DNA of 64,000 nt, taken from Azolla caroliniana. Lineage: Eukaryota; Plantae; Polypodiophyta. Within the stretch, counting starts at the first letter, position 1. Each line of letters begins with the position of its first letter. The stretch spans positions 496,001 through 560,000 of the forward strand of contig JBHGNT010000013.1 of NCBI GenBank assembly GCA_043228905.1, read 5' to 3'. Both the position numbers and the translations under genes were made by a program. Under the pieces are notes generated by a model, which was given only the letters and a program-made list of their open reading frames with translations, had not been told where the DNA came from and ran no database searches. Shown one piece after another: positions 24,434 through 38,729 of this stretch.

Positions 24434-26759
24434 ATGTCTTCTCCAAGCAAGCGCAGAGATATGGATGTCATGAAGCTGTAAGTCTCGAAAGAAAAGTTAT
24501 CCTCTCCAGTATATCTTTCTTTCAGATTCTCTGTTGTTCACTATTTCCTTGTTTCTATGTTCTTTTTTTTTTTTTGGGGGGGGGGGGGGGGGGGCGGTTG
24601 GGGTTTGTTTCTTTTCTGTATCTCTAGGATGATGAGCGACTACAAAGTTGAGATGATAAATGACGGAATGAATGATTTCAAAGTCGAGTTTCATGGGCCT
24701 CCAAACAGTATGTTCTTCTTTTTCTGGTTACCAAGTTTCTTAATTTCATGGCTTGCCACATTTCCAATCCACATTTTTTGGGTAAACAATCATGGATGCT
24801 TTCACCTAATTTATAGAATCTGCAGTCTTTTCACCTTTAATGTAGTTCCTATAACTTACAATGCGAAATAAACTTGTATAAAATGTTCAAAGAGACTGAT
24901 CTCATGATAAAGGGGAGGTGCTTTATCAGCAAAACATTCTGTATCCTCAATCAATCGCTGCAAAAATGAGAGGAAACAAATGTTAGTTCTTTTGGGCTTA
25001 TTTAATAAGGATTGATCTTGAGAAACAGATAGAGAAGGAATTGGGCATATACAATGACAGAAGCTTGTGAAAAAAGTAAAGGTTCGAAGGTATCTGATAT
25101 TACACAATGATCAAGTATTGTGACAAAAAGAAACCCCATGGAGCATTTGAAGGGATTTTTCATATATATTTATTTGTATATACCCCACGCCAGAAATGAA
25201 TTATGTATAAACATATATTTTTTGCAAAAGTCCAAGGTGATATATGAGACCAAAGGTTACGCCCATATGAATCATATAGAATTGAATGTGGAAGTTTAGC
25301 GTGTCTAACTTATCTTCTACAAGCATATGTTTATGTTTATCGATTTTGTGATACAGGCCCTTACCAAAATGGAGTGTGGAAGGTTAGAGTGGGGCTACCA
25401 GAAGCATATCCGTACAAATCTCCATCAATTGGTTTTGTGAACAAGATATTTCACCCAAATGTTGATGAAATGTGAGTTGCTTTTCACAATTTATCAACGT
25501 TTCTGAAAACTCTTTAAAACCTTGCAGTTTCTTGAAAGATTCTTGGACTATGATTAACAGACCTAGTTTGTAGTTTTCATATTTCACTGTCAGTATTATG
25601 AAGGGTGATATTCATGTTATCTCATGTGTGTTGTTAAAATTAATCCAGGACCAGGAATTTTTTGCCATCTTTACGTCCTCTGTTATGGTTGATTTCTAAC
25701 AGTCTTACGAAAATAGCGCATATTATGTTTAGCAGAATATTTCAGAATGTTAGGTCTTATTCATGTCTTATTCAGAATATTATATATGCAACTTTTTTAT
25801 CTAGGATTCCACCAATAAAGCTCAGGGATATTTTTTTCAAATAAGATAATTGAACCTTGTCATACTTTCCTATGAATTCGTTTGCCAGTAGAGAAAATTT
25901 ACTTATGCGAATTGGGGTTTCTTGTACAAAACAGGTCAGGTTCAGTTTGTTTAGATGTAATTAATCAAACATGGAGCCCAATGTTTGGTAAGCATTTTTT
26001 ATTAACCTAAATTTAAAGCATTTGATGATTGTTCTGTCTTAGTTGAAATTTGGCATGCTTGGTGTGCATTTATGTGCCCATAACAAACACTTATTGATAG
26101 TGTTAGGTTTTATTGAAAGCGTGGGATTATGTTTGTGTGCAGATCTTGTCAATGTCTTTGAAGTATTTCTTCCACAACTTTTGTTGTATCCAAATCCATC
26201 CGACCCATTGAATGGTGAAGCAGCTGCTATGATGATGAGGGATAAAGCAAAATATGAAGAACATGTTAGAGGTATGTTACTGGAATTCATAAGAAAGGAA
26301 CATGTAAAGAGGTATGTTGCTTTCTTATGAATTCCTAATAGAACTGCAAATGTTTTTCCTGCTATAGGAAAGATTACATACATATTTAGATGATTTGGGA
26401 AGGAAGTGGGACAACAGACAAATATGGGTGTCACGGAGTGAGAAACAATTAAGCACGAAGAAAAGGAAAAGTAAAAATAATAGGAAACAAAAAAGGAGAG
26501 GAAAATCCTTTTGCAGAGCACTGTAACAGTTGTCAACACGTTTTGCTTGATGTACATACACTTTATCCACAAGAGCTTGCACGGCTTTGAATTATGGTTA
26601 CATTCTAATACTGAGAGCTCTTGCTATTCAGAGCACTGTGAAAAATATGCAAAAGCCGAGGATAATGGAAGTCAACCCGAAGAAAGTAGTGATGCTGAGC
26701 TGAGCGATGGTGAGTATGAGTCTAGTGATGAGGAAATGGCAGGTCCATCTGATCCCTAG
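24434..26759 (+). CDS. UBC5: Ubiquitin-conjugating enzyme E2 (UBC4/5/6, UBE2H-type), 6 exons: 24434-24477, 24628-24707, 25357-25471, 25935-25987, 26143-26271, 26632-26759
   Basis: [23 protein letters not shown]...[41 protein letters not shown]...[12 protein letters not shown] with an acidic tail; GT-AG introns join in frame. Confidence 0.95.
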
Positions 26760-28004
26760 CTATTCAGTAAAATGTAAATTTCTTTCTTTTGTATGTTTGT
26801 TTGACAAGCCATGTGCTATCTGGAAAATACCCAACTGTAAATACATTTATGGGTCTGTATAGTTATGATGTTCATGGCAATTATTTTTCTTACCTGGTGT
26901 ATAAACTCAGTTTCAGTTCTCTTCGTTTTCAAAGAAAATGTTGGTTTATACTCTGTCCAGAATTTCATATTGTTATTTACATTTGCACGCCTCAGGTTTG
27001 GGAACCAAGTGAATTTTGTATTGTTATTATTACATTTGCTAGGCTAAGTTTGAGAGTGAAGTGAAGTGCACATTTACCCATGCTAAAAGGCAATATTCTG
27101 GAGTAAATCTAATGCACCAAGGAGTAAAAATGTAAGTTGTGGAGTGTGACTGGGGTATATACAAGGATCAATTTTTCCTTATATAAAGATTTATTGTCTT
27201 ACCAACATAGTCAGTCTAAAGTATCAGAATAAATTTTCCTGCCTGCATAAATTTGGCGCAAACATATTCCCTTTACTGATTGTTATCCATATCTATATTG
27301 TAGAGATTTTAAGTCATCATTATGTAATTTTGAAACAAAATTTTACTCTGGTTATTTCCTGTGCCTTTTAATCTTTGACCATTTTAGTATGATTTTTGAA
27401 ACAAACATTTTGCTTTCAATTTTGTCTTTTTTGTCTCCATGCCATCTTTGTTTTTTGAAGTTTCCTGTAGATTATAAAAATGAATTTGAAATTGGTGCTA
27501 ATATGAACCTGACTATATATACCTTGGCTTTGCCCCCTGGCTAGAATTAGGACTTACGGGATATAAAAAACTTATCTGCTACGGGTGTAAGTAAATGTTT
27601 ACTCAATTTTCTTATCAGAAGTAGATTTGTCATTAAATTTTATCATCTCTCAAGTTTACTCAGAAATTAAATGATATTCAGTTAAACTATACACGGTTAT
27701 CTCTTTTTATTTGTGATTAGCATGATTTGAAATAATTAACTTTCAGTAACTTAGTTAATATTCGAACTTAACAGAGGAGAGGAGTCTGTTTATGAGCTAG
27801 TTTACAAACAAGATGAAATAATACCCTCGGTTTTTATATCGCTGAGCTTGAACTCATAAGGACTACATACAAGACATGTGACCACGACTTTATACATCGA
27901 AACAAACTATATACATGGTCCAGTCTTCTGTAGCGTATATCTTCTTTTCTTTTGCTCTAATGGCAGCGTTAATTGAGCCACTGTTTATGAAGTTCGGCAT
28001 TCTT

Positions 28005-28823
28005 CTACCCCAATTGCTTCAGAGCTTTGATAATCTCTTCAGTTGAAAAGTTATTTTCTGTGCACACAGTGCAAGGACTGTTTGACGGAACCACATCCTC
28101 CCTTGCATAGCTACCACCACTTCGGAGAAGATTCTCAGAACCACCTTTTACACTACCTTTCAATATAACAGTTTTATGTGCACCAGATAGTAGTCCTTCA
28201 TAGTCAGTATCCCCAGCCTCGCCAATGAACACCACCATGTTTGCAACATCGATTCCCCATCTCACAAACAAATACCTGTCATCATTTTCATATTCTCATA
28301 AAAGCATGTGAGCATAATGATCCCAAAGCCAAGCTAACAGTGCCTAGTTGAGAATGCACGTTTCAAACATGCATAAAGAAAATGCACCTCAAGGCTTGAG
28401 ATCGAGAAGCCAACAGGGGAATAATGTGAAGTTTTGTGGAATGTTGGCAGTAAATAAAATGGCTTCTTAAGCCTTGAAGTCTAAACTGCATCCTGATCTC
28501 ATCCACTTTCCAGCACTGCAAGAATACATTAAGGATGGATATAAAGTAGACTATATTCGCTACAAAAATATAATTCTCTCCCTTTCTCTTTTTCTCTCGT
28601 AACACCATATATACTCTCACTAGCCCAATCTCGTTTATCATATTTACCCTGCTGGTAAGTTGTTAAGACTAGCACAACATCTTGGGTTCAAAACCAAATT
28701 TTTTAACCTCTATTACTCCATACATCTCTTAATTTACTAGATACCACTGTGGAATGTAACAGTTGAACTCATGAGCTTCTGGTCTCCATTGGGCAACCTT
28801 ACTAACAAAGCTACATCCATCTC

Positions 28824-28871
<48 letters not shown>

Positions 28872-31800
28872 TACCATGTCTACATCCTTCACATTATAAG
28901 CTAGGCAATATTGGTTGGAAGGGCAATCGTCTTCAACTAGTGCTCGTGAAAGCTGTTCATATTTTGTTAACCATCTAGACATCGTCTTCCTCACACTCAC
29001 TCTGTCCCAACGATATGCAATATGAGTGTCATAATTCTCGTCTACACAAAGCTGTGGATCAGAGCTGCCTCCATCTTCTGAACCTAGATAGCCTGGATAA
29101 AAGAGTTCACTGCCACTGCTACAGATTAAGACATCAAACTCATATGCAGAAATATTGCCAGATTCCAGGATTGTGAGGAGTTCAGACAATTTCAAGGAAG
29201 AAGACAATACATATCCTGCATTACGGTATGTTGGCGATAAATGTGTGGCTTCAAAAATATTCTTTATTACTGAAACCAAATCCGCACCCTGGCTTTGTGT
29301 TGAACCATAGCAATCAACAGCTATGGTGACTAGGCGCTTCCTTCTTCTGACGTTTGGTGTTCGGAATGCTAAATTACCAGTATGCAGTTTGGGAAATGAT
29401 GATAATTTGTTGGGCACAGAGTTAGCAGTTTGTGTTTGTGTGGTTCCACTCCCCTCTGAGATATCTATGTCATCAAGCGAGGTTAATGAGACTTCAAGAT
29501 CACCAATATCACGTAACGAGTCTTCATTAGAATCGGGTTCAGCCGCTGAGTCATCATCATTCTGCCATTTGGGATACCTCATCCTACATAAGGCAATCCT
29601 TGACAAATAGGTCTTGCAATGCTCAGGCCATGAAAACAGATGTATATTTTTCAATCCATTACGCCTGCATTCCATCCAGAATAGCTTGTCAGCCAAGAGC
29701 TTCAGTAAGGCATCCGCAACACCTGCTTGATCATGGGGATCTACCAGTATCCCGTTGTTTAATACCTGTCATAGAAGAAAGTAGCTTTTGGGATCACATT
29801 CCAGGTTTGAAACAAAGATGCCTTCCAACATAAAACAAAGAACACTTCAGTTAAGCTATAAGTTGATTTCAAGGGTGGGTATTAGATATGTGCCCGATGG
29901 ATATCAACTGGTCCTCCATTTCGAGTTGCAACCATCGGTAACCCATTTGATGCTGCCTGTGGAAGGTAACACAGTTATTATCACGTTTGCTTTTGATGTG
30001 ATGATAGCAGCAGGTTACATGAATTATTAAAAAGTACTATCACTGTGTGCCTCATACCTCAATCAATGTAAGCCCAAAAGGTTCAACTAAAGCAGGATTG
30101 ATGAATACACCCTGGTATGCAGCAAAACATGGACTGTTAATACTTCCAGATGTTTATTAACAATATCATAATTGACAATATATCCTGCTGCTATACATAT
30201 TTCAGTTTCCATTGCCTGGCATCAGAACATTTACTGCTGCTAGAAACTTCAATATTTTACATTCAAACCCTAGCCAAAATTCAGAAATTTTGAAAGAATG
30301 CAGGCTTAATAGAGAGAAATTTTCTCCAAGTTCACACTTCCGGCATGAGAAGACATAAGATGCTACCGAAGGAAATGAACAGGCCGCGCCTTTTCATGAA
30401 GATGCTTCTACGTGATATTGCCTGTATTTCAGATATGTCATCCTTACATATTCAATAAGTTCTGTAGAGCTCTTGGCATTTGAAGACCAGGAACTTTATG
30501 ATTCTTCCCAAAACCTTCTTCAGAATTTGATAACGCATTAGCAGTTTTAAATCATTCGTGTGAGAAGTCATGTTAAGGCACTAATATGTTCATTAACTAA
30601 TGACTGTGGAGCCTGAACAGAAAAAAATTTAAGTGTCATTTGGCAATCATCACAAGCATAAAAGGACAGGCCAAAACGCCATTTCATCCAGAAAGATGAG
30701 GAAAAACCATACAAATTTCTGCGTTGATGTCATGAGGATTCAAACACTCCTCACATGTGCATCTTCAAACATCCAGTAAACCATTAGAAATTGTCATTGA
30801 CACTCTAGAAGTCACTCTGGAGTACATCTGATTTATATTATAAAATCTTTTCTTCAACAGTGGAATTTTGTTGACACTTTTTTATTGTCCTCACAAAAAC
30901 CCTACATTAACAAACTTAACATAATCAAGTATTCTCAATACAAACAAATTGGTACCTTCGTTTTTGCAGCAAGCCGATAAATATCAGAGACTTCTGACTG
31001 TTTGTGATGTTTTGGATATGCCACAAGGCCATAAAGATCATATTTGTCAATTAACTTCAAAACTGTTGTCAGGACTGTAGAGCTACTCGTGGGCATTTCA
31101 TCAATATCATCACGATTCCCCAATATAAGTGTCTAAAGAATCAAACATATCCTATCAGCAACTTACATGCATAAAACTTCACTAAATTAAGCTGGATCTT
31201 ATTCCATTGTAAACTAAAGATAGGACTCCTTATTAGTATTAAGAGTTTCCCAGAAGAAAGCAAATATCTATCAAGGAAACATTAAGTTAAATCAAGAGAA
31301 CCAAAAACTAAAGCCAGTCTACCACAAATCAAAGATTATATCCTGAAGGATTATGAAAGTCTCGACTAGAAAGAACATATTAATGAACGATTACATGCAT
31401 CTGTATAGTTTATGGATGTATATATGCATGTATCAATATATAGATAGGTATGCAAATAGGTACATATTACACGCATCCATAAGTAGAACTGTCTATATAC
31501 ACATACTAAATTTGCCAAATCACGAAGAGGACGACATTCTCCAAATGCTTTTACTAGTGTTGTAATGTTCTTCTTTGGATCTGGTCGTGCAAGTGCAAGG
31601 ATCATTGGCTTCCTTGGATTTGTAAAGAATCGCATAATCTGGATATCATAACCAGAGTGATTATTGCTTTCTCTGTAAAATTAGTATGAAGTATTTATCG
31701 TACAAGAACAGGGAATCTCACATCAGCCCATATTGGTGGTTCTTCTCCAATAGACATATCTCCACCTGTATCTGCATCACTGTCAGTGGCATCTCCAGAG

Positions 31801-33481
31801 TCAGATTCAAGATGTTGGCTGAACTCCATTCCAGGAGGAATAACCTAAGAACACCTTGCTTAGCTCTTGCATATATTCCAGGAGTCAGAAAATTTTGGAA
31901 TAAATAGGGTTATGGCCTGAAGAAAGAGAACCTACCACCATCCGCGGGAAGTAATGACCATGACAGCTGAGCTCATATTTAGCCCTTGCACGGAAATACC
32001 GTTCAAGCTTAACATCAAAACCATCATAAAGGCCCCACTGTTCATCGATTTCTTGCTTAGTGCTGGTTACAACAAGTTCCGATGAATCAAGAGACAGCTC
32101 CTCTGCTTCTATACGGCGCATTATTTTATATGTTGCATTTATATCCTCTTTAGATTGACGACCTTGTTTCAAAAGTTGTTCCAGTTTATTTCTACCTAGA
32201 GAATGTCCAGTAGTAACCATCGGCACATTTAGTGCACCAGATAGGAGAGAGGCTGCATGAGCAGCATCTGCATAGTGACCATGAACAACATGAGGCCATA
32301 CAAGGTCTCCCGCAGCAACCTGCTCACCCAAGACCCTTGACATGTTATAGATATGAACCAGTGCACCATCCACAAATTCCTGAATGTATGGCCACAATAG
32401 TTCTTTACGAATATATCTATCTCTTGGGCCAAACGGGATTCTAACTATATATGCTCCACTGCTTTCCCCAATCTGTTGCTCTTCAGTAGCATATGATTTT
32501 GAACCAAGCATCTCAGTGGGTTCTCCGTATGTCCAATGAACATCTTCTGAACATATCTGACGAGTTAAGAGATCTACTCTGTACACTTGCGGCATATGGG
32601 CCAGTGCTCTTGCCAACTCTACAACATATTTCACCTGTTTAATTAAATATCAGTTCAAGACAAGAAGTTTCAAAATGCTTCATAATTTTTCAGTGCAAAC
32701 AAAGCTCACCTGGCCACCTGTGTCAGAGTCTCGACCAAGTTCCATGTCATCACCTCGCACTAGTCCATGCAAGCTGCAAAAAGTACAGCAAAAGGAAAAT
32801 AAGATGCTTTCACATAAGCTTGTCACTCATGCATGCAGGTGCTAAATGCATCAAAGAAATCTGGAAATGGTCTGCCATACCTAATCAAAACAATGTATAA
32901 TTTCTTCTCTTTTGGCTGTTCCGCCCATTCTGCAACACGGTCAACAGAGCTCACTCTTGGCATTCCTTTACCACCAGTAATGGTGCTTACAGCTGATGAT
33001 GAGAAATCCGGTTTCTCTCCTGACAAAAAATCAGTCAGGTCTTCAGTTGCATCTTTGTGTCCTTCCTCACGTTCAATCTGTCGCTTTGCAAGCCTCTGAG
33101 CTTGGTCCCATGCAATCTGGATCAATAACAGGAGCATGAAGCTTTAGGGACTCTTGAAGATACAAAAGCCTGGCCCTCTTGATGTATCAATCAATGAGGC
33201 TCAGTTAGAGCACAAGGTTTCCTCAATAGAGAAAAAATCATTCCCTCATTAATGTATAAATGCATTAGGCTTTCTATATAGAAAATCAAGAAATCTTGCC
33301 CTCTTAATGCATGAATACTTAAACAATATTTCCTCAATGCATGAAATGAGGAAAAAATCAAACATTTAATAACTTAAATTTCTACCTGTTTCTTCTTTCG
33401 GGCAAGGTGCCATATCCTCCAACACATGTTCTCCAACCGGATGTTCCGTTCGTGGATATTCTTTGTCGCAGTTGCCTGCAG

Positions 33482-33534
<53 letters not shown>

Positions 33535-35151
33535 AGCTCCCCTCTGTAATTTCTCAGCCTGCCCCTCCAATATCCCTCTACCTCCATCTCCTTTTACTTC
33601 TCATTCAGCCTCCAGTGCCCCTACTCCTCCAATGTGCATGCTTTGAGACCTTAAAACATGACATAATAGAAGTAATTTGAAAATTCCTTCAAAAATCCCC
33701 ATTTAAAATATGGGAATCTCTAGCTCAGAGAGTGGATGGGCGACACATTGAGGATGCTCGAAGCTCTAAACACATGGTCAGGGTCATCAAGCCATGGCTA
33801 GCCATCAATCTGAAGCAAATTTGGAGTTACAATCGAGAACAACTGTTTTAGCACAAACTTGAATTACGAGGTCTAAACCACAACTGGAGGAGAAACATAG
33901 ACAACTTGAAGAGAGGATGGCCACACAAGCAAGGGTAATCTCAGCAAGCAAAGCCAAGTTCGACGTAACGATGACGGAAATAGAAGAATTCAAGCAGAAG
34001 ACACACCAAGTTCTTGGCCAAACATTGTCAATAAAGAAACCCCACATGTGAACTCTTGGAACTCCTTCCCTGGGGAAGCACTTCAGCTCACGAGTAATGA
34101 GCACAGTCAGAGGCTGAAACGAGCCAAAATCATCATAATACAAGGATTGATTGCTGCACCTAGAGCGAGATATCCTTGTATTATGCCTCACCTCCTACCC
34201 AAGGCCAAATTGGAAGTAGGCGATAAACCACAGAAGAACCACTAAAGCAAACGCATTTCTTCAGGTTTAGTTTCTTGCCATTCCTAAATGGTTTGCACTT
34301 CAGAACATAGAAGAGTTCTTGAATGTCCGAATCGAGGATGACAAGACCACATAGCATAAAGACAAATTTTTTTACTTGTTCGAAAACTATTGCCACTACA
34401 TAAATCCTCAGTCTTGAGAGCATTACAAGCAATCGAAAGCTAACAGCCCAGACCAACATTCAGCTTCAGACCCATATTTGAGCACCCATGTGCATGAGAG
34501 CAAGGCATCCCATCATGTTGTTGATGCATTCACATGCTCACATGACGAAAACAGAAACATGTTTCTAAGGCAGAATATTGAGAAGAAGAAGAAGAAGACA
34601 ATCCTGAGACCAGAAATTTGTGGAGTAAGGCAGAATATTGAGGAGAAGAAGAGAACATGTCACCAATGCAGACTTGATCAGCCTGAGACATGTCACATTG
34701 CAATCCAGGAACTCCTAAAAGGGTCACCATTCTTGCACATATTCGAATCAGATGCCTAGCTACAACAAGATCCTACATTCTTATTTTGATTTCATTTCAG
34801 CTAGCTACTGTGTGAAAGCTTGGAGATCACATGGCTCATTATGCCCTTCCTTTCTTCTTTTTTAATCCTCTGTGCAGGAGAACAGAGCAACCATCATCAT
34901 CTCTCATGTTAAGATTTACAATGAAATTTGGCAGGGAACTTGACCTTGAGCCAGGATCGATGAATATCGCTCTCATCGAAGCTTCCGACAACCTCCTCGA
35001 CAAAGTATTGGGTGGGGTTGAAGATGCGGCTCTCCGCGATCGGAGCAGGGATGGGATGCTGCGCAGTAGTTGCTGTTGCCATTACCGCTGAGGATGATCC
35101 AGCATCCAAGATCGCTTCAAGGTAACCATCGATCCAATCATTCCCTGCCAT
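28005..35151 (-). CDS. SPS: Sucrose-phosphate synthase, about 13 exons
   Basis: [89 protein letters not shown], and C-terminal GEAGDTDYE. Confidence 0.97.
28644..28825. mobile_element. Second copy of the double-tRNA-module SINE-like element, in an SPS intron (inverted relative to 16195)
   Basis: Reverse complement 'gatggatgtagctttgttagtaaggttgcccaatggagaccag...ttacattccacagtg...aacaacttaccagcagggtaa' matches 16199-16387; abuts (TC)n at 28826-28856. Confidence 0.8.
33533..34760 (+). mobile_element. Probable decayed LINE 5' region / ORF1 relic in SPS intron 1
   Basis: Starts directly after (TC)n at 33485-33532. Contains [16 protein letters not shown], similar to the RxxNIIIxGL motif of LINE ORF1. 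Confidence 0.4.
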
Positions 35152-35280
35152 CTCCTCTGTTTATCTCTCTCTCTCTCTCTCTCTCTCTCTACCTCTCTAC
35201 CTCTCCTGTGATCACAGGAAAGAAGGAAGGAAGGATGATGATGACTATAAGTCTATAAGCCCCAAGAAGAAGCAGGAAAG

Positions 35281-35385
35281 CCCAAAAAAAAAGCAAAAAG
35301 CAAAAAAGCAAAAAAGCAGAAAGGCAAAAAAGCAAAAAGCAGAAAGGCAAAAAGCAAAAAGCAGAAAGGCAAAAAAGCAAAAGCA
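35281..35385. repeat. (AAAAAGC / AGAAAGGC)n minisatellite upstream of the SPS start codon
   Basis: Repeated aaaagca and gaaaggca units. Confidence 0.85.
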
Positions 35386-38300
35386 GTCTCCGGTCCCGCG
35401 ATACATGAATGTCATCCACCGTAAAGCAAATCGACCCTTTTTCTCTCGTTGTATTAAAAACTACTTTTGAATGAAATGAGCTCATTTCCATTAGAATATG
35501 TATAATATCCAACACAATGCTCGTGGAAAAAGCGATCTGCTGAAGTACAGATGTCTAGTCATGTATACAGTGTTGTGGTTGGATCCACCAACGTGTCATC
35601 AATCGTAACCTTCTTCCATCTTGGCAAACTCAAATTTCCAAGGTTCGACTTTAATAGTTTCAACCGATTTTCGTCGAATCAATAAAGTAACGTGCCGAAG
35701 GAGAAGTCCTCATATACTATGGATGTGACTAAGTGACTAATGTCCACATTGCCAAATATTAAAGCATTTGGAAATTGGCCGGTATGCAAAGTTGCTTGTT
35801 GACGTGAATAAACCAAATAAGATGCCAGAATATCCCCTTCCCAACCCAAATAAGCATAAGAACAAATATCTACAAATCCAATATCTCTATATTTAACACA
35901 TGAGAATGTTGCCTAGATGTGATATCAAAACATCTATGATAAAGCATTTGATAGCTTTGATATGAAATATTCTATATGTTAGGGGCCTTTATTAATAATG
36001 TTCAATTTTCATCCAACTCCTTCCTTCCATGATGGCCATTGGAAGGAATAGCAACCAAAATTGTGATAAATGAATAGGAAATATGTACCTTTCTTTGAAA
36101 GAACTAGACAATTTACATACCCATCCAATTTCTATCAAGGTAGTCTCTAGATAGGTTCATACTTCTATTTATTTTTCCAAAAAGAACACTAGTTCGCATT
36201 AGTTAGCAAACAGGTTCATACTTCTATTAGAAGAACACACATAAAAGTTTCAATATAAACCATTGCTTCAAGCGTTAATTAATGTGTGATCTTTAGCGGT
36301 GATTATCATTGGTTTGTACTTTGTTGAATTGTAAATTAGTTGTTTATCATTGTTTAATTATCCCCCTTTTTTTTTAATGTACTGTCTTTTAGTAATGTTG
36401 TGTATTGTCTATCTCTCTCTATTCTTCCTCACACACATATACAAATCATACACAATCTATTTACCTTTGTTGTCCATATATGTGACCATCTATAAAAAAA
36501 TACTCTTAGCTCTCTATAGGTTCTCAACGCATCGAGCCTAGTTAGTGAATAAAGCACAAGTAGTTCAAACTTGTATGAAGGGCAAAGCCACAAAAATGAA
36601 GCCATGATATGGAATATTGATTTCAGGTTGTGTGCACTTCGATTTTCACCATTTTTTATGGCATGCCTCAATCTTATTCTTTTTTTTTTATTTGATTGAC
36701 AGGCATTGAGATATTACTTCACACGGGGTTTCTATTATATTTAAGATTAGAAAATCATGCATGTCTTTTTACTCATTCTTAAAGCCTAAACACATGTTTA
36801 TTATGTAAGCTTCTCAAAGACACTTTCTATATATCTTGACAAAGCTTCAAATTCATTATAATGAGCATTGCTCACATGAATTTGAAAGTCATGCTTTTGG
36901 CAGGGAGAGAGTTATGGCATGTGGTTGTCAATAATAAAATTGCATTGGGGTATTTTAGTTGTTGTGGCGTGAAGTAGGAAGTGAAGGTTTTGACCACCAT
37001 GTTTTGAGGGGTAAGACACTGATTAAGAGAAATAACCCATCAATTCCAAAACCTAACTCTACCCTTTTCAAGTTTGCTATCAAATTGTACATTGTAACAA
37101 AAAACAATTAAACTGTAGTAGGAACTTGTCATGATAGTAATCAACTTAGGCTTTTGAAATTAATAATCTATTTTTGGGTAAACTATAACATGATGTTTTC
37201 ACATTTATTGGATAGAAAATCTTCACTTTTAACTTTTCAAATGGAATGGTGTTTATCTCCCACCACCATATCATGACTTGCACTTAGGTAGAAAACAAGT
37301 TGACAAAGCATTCATTGGATTGTGAATGCAAATCATATGTTTGTATTTGTACGAGACTCTCATGGTTAAGGTTTCATTGAAAACCCTTTGTAATTTAGGA
37401 AGGTCAACACAAAACCACATAATCCATCAATGGGGGCTCTTAACATTTGTTTCCATCTCTTACGAGGTTGATTCAAGTTCTTTGTGTGCGTTGCGATGCC
37501 CTTAGTTCTATAAAAGGGATTTCTCATTAACAATTATTATGAGTATTCGATGATTATATGAACTTAAGCTAATCAATTTGATTCCAACAATCAAGCATTT
37601 ACTATACACGAAGATCAAATTGAAAATATAAAATAAATCATAATAACCTTAGAAACTCAACTCAAGCCCCAATGATCAAGCATCTATGATACATGGAGAT
37701 CATACATTTGAATGACCGCAATCAAATATCTTTGAGCAAACAATACAAACGTAAAGGAAAAGAAAAGAAAAAAAGAAAAAAAGAAAAAGAGAAAGGTGAA
37801 GTGGTCTACCTTGAAGCCCTTGTCCTCATATAGAGGACATGAGTTTAAGTTCAGCAATAAAATATAATGTGAAGTTTGCAACCTTTACATTTGTACCAAT
37901 GATGACATACACCAAAGGAGTAGGGATCCCAACACATGGATCATGGAAATGCAATTCTTCATCGACCTAAATCTCCTTCTCATGGGTATGAACAAAGATG
38001 AATGTGTTGCACCTTGTAATTTGTAAGTGGAACTTCTCCGTTTTTTTATGACACACTCTACCACAAGGGGTACGATGGCATTTGGCTATTAATAATTACA
38101 TTAGAAGGTGAGACACGTGTAGGCATCATCTCATATGTACTTGTGGCAGCACAGTTTTGATCATCATTGGGCGTGTAGGCATAATGCAAGTAGTTGTCAC
38201 TGTGCACATAGGCATTCTATTTTTGAGATCCAACCATTGCCCTCATCCTCAATAGTACGAGAAGTCCATCATGTGTTCCATAATGGTAATAAAATTTCGA

Positions 38301-38729
38301 AGTGGGTTATAATCGAGACTTCAAGATGATGGCTTTGCTCATGTAGAAGAACATTGGGAAGAACTAACTCCTCAAAAGATTCACACCCCATATGTTTACA
38401 CCATCAAACAAATACACCCTTGGAGTCTTAATCAGATGTTGTCACTAAACGATGCATCATGGCAATCAAAGGGTGACACAAGCTTGTCACGAAATGTGTC
38501 CCTAACAATTACTATTCCAACTTTGTGGTGAATGTTGGTGGCCATTCATGTTTTTGTTTTCATTCCCAGTAGAGAGAGCCTCTAGCCCACACACGTACCA
38601 TGTGTTTGTTCATCCAACAAAATCCTCATAATATGGTCGACGATGTAAATTAGTTAAGCTATAGGATAAGTACGGAGAGAGGAAAAGTAAGGGAAATTAA
38701 GAAAGTATTCGTCCAATAAAATCTTCAAA

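Noticed and set aside
23757-24627. Long ORFs around the UBC promoter
   Set aside because: Low-complexity translations of (TTC)n/(GA)n with no domain.
28737-28874. C-terminal extension of the SPS ORF (VCVCERERE...[16 protein letters not shown])
   Set aside because: Read-through past a GT donor into a microsatellite and the SINE copy; true SPS homology resumes at 28515.
37880-38600. Possible decayed coding or transposon relic
   Set aside because: Composition looks coding-like, but no motif was identifiable by eye; needs BLASTX.
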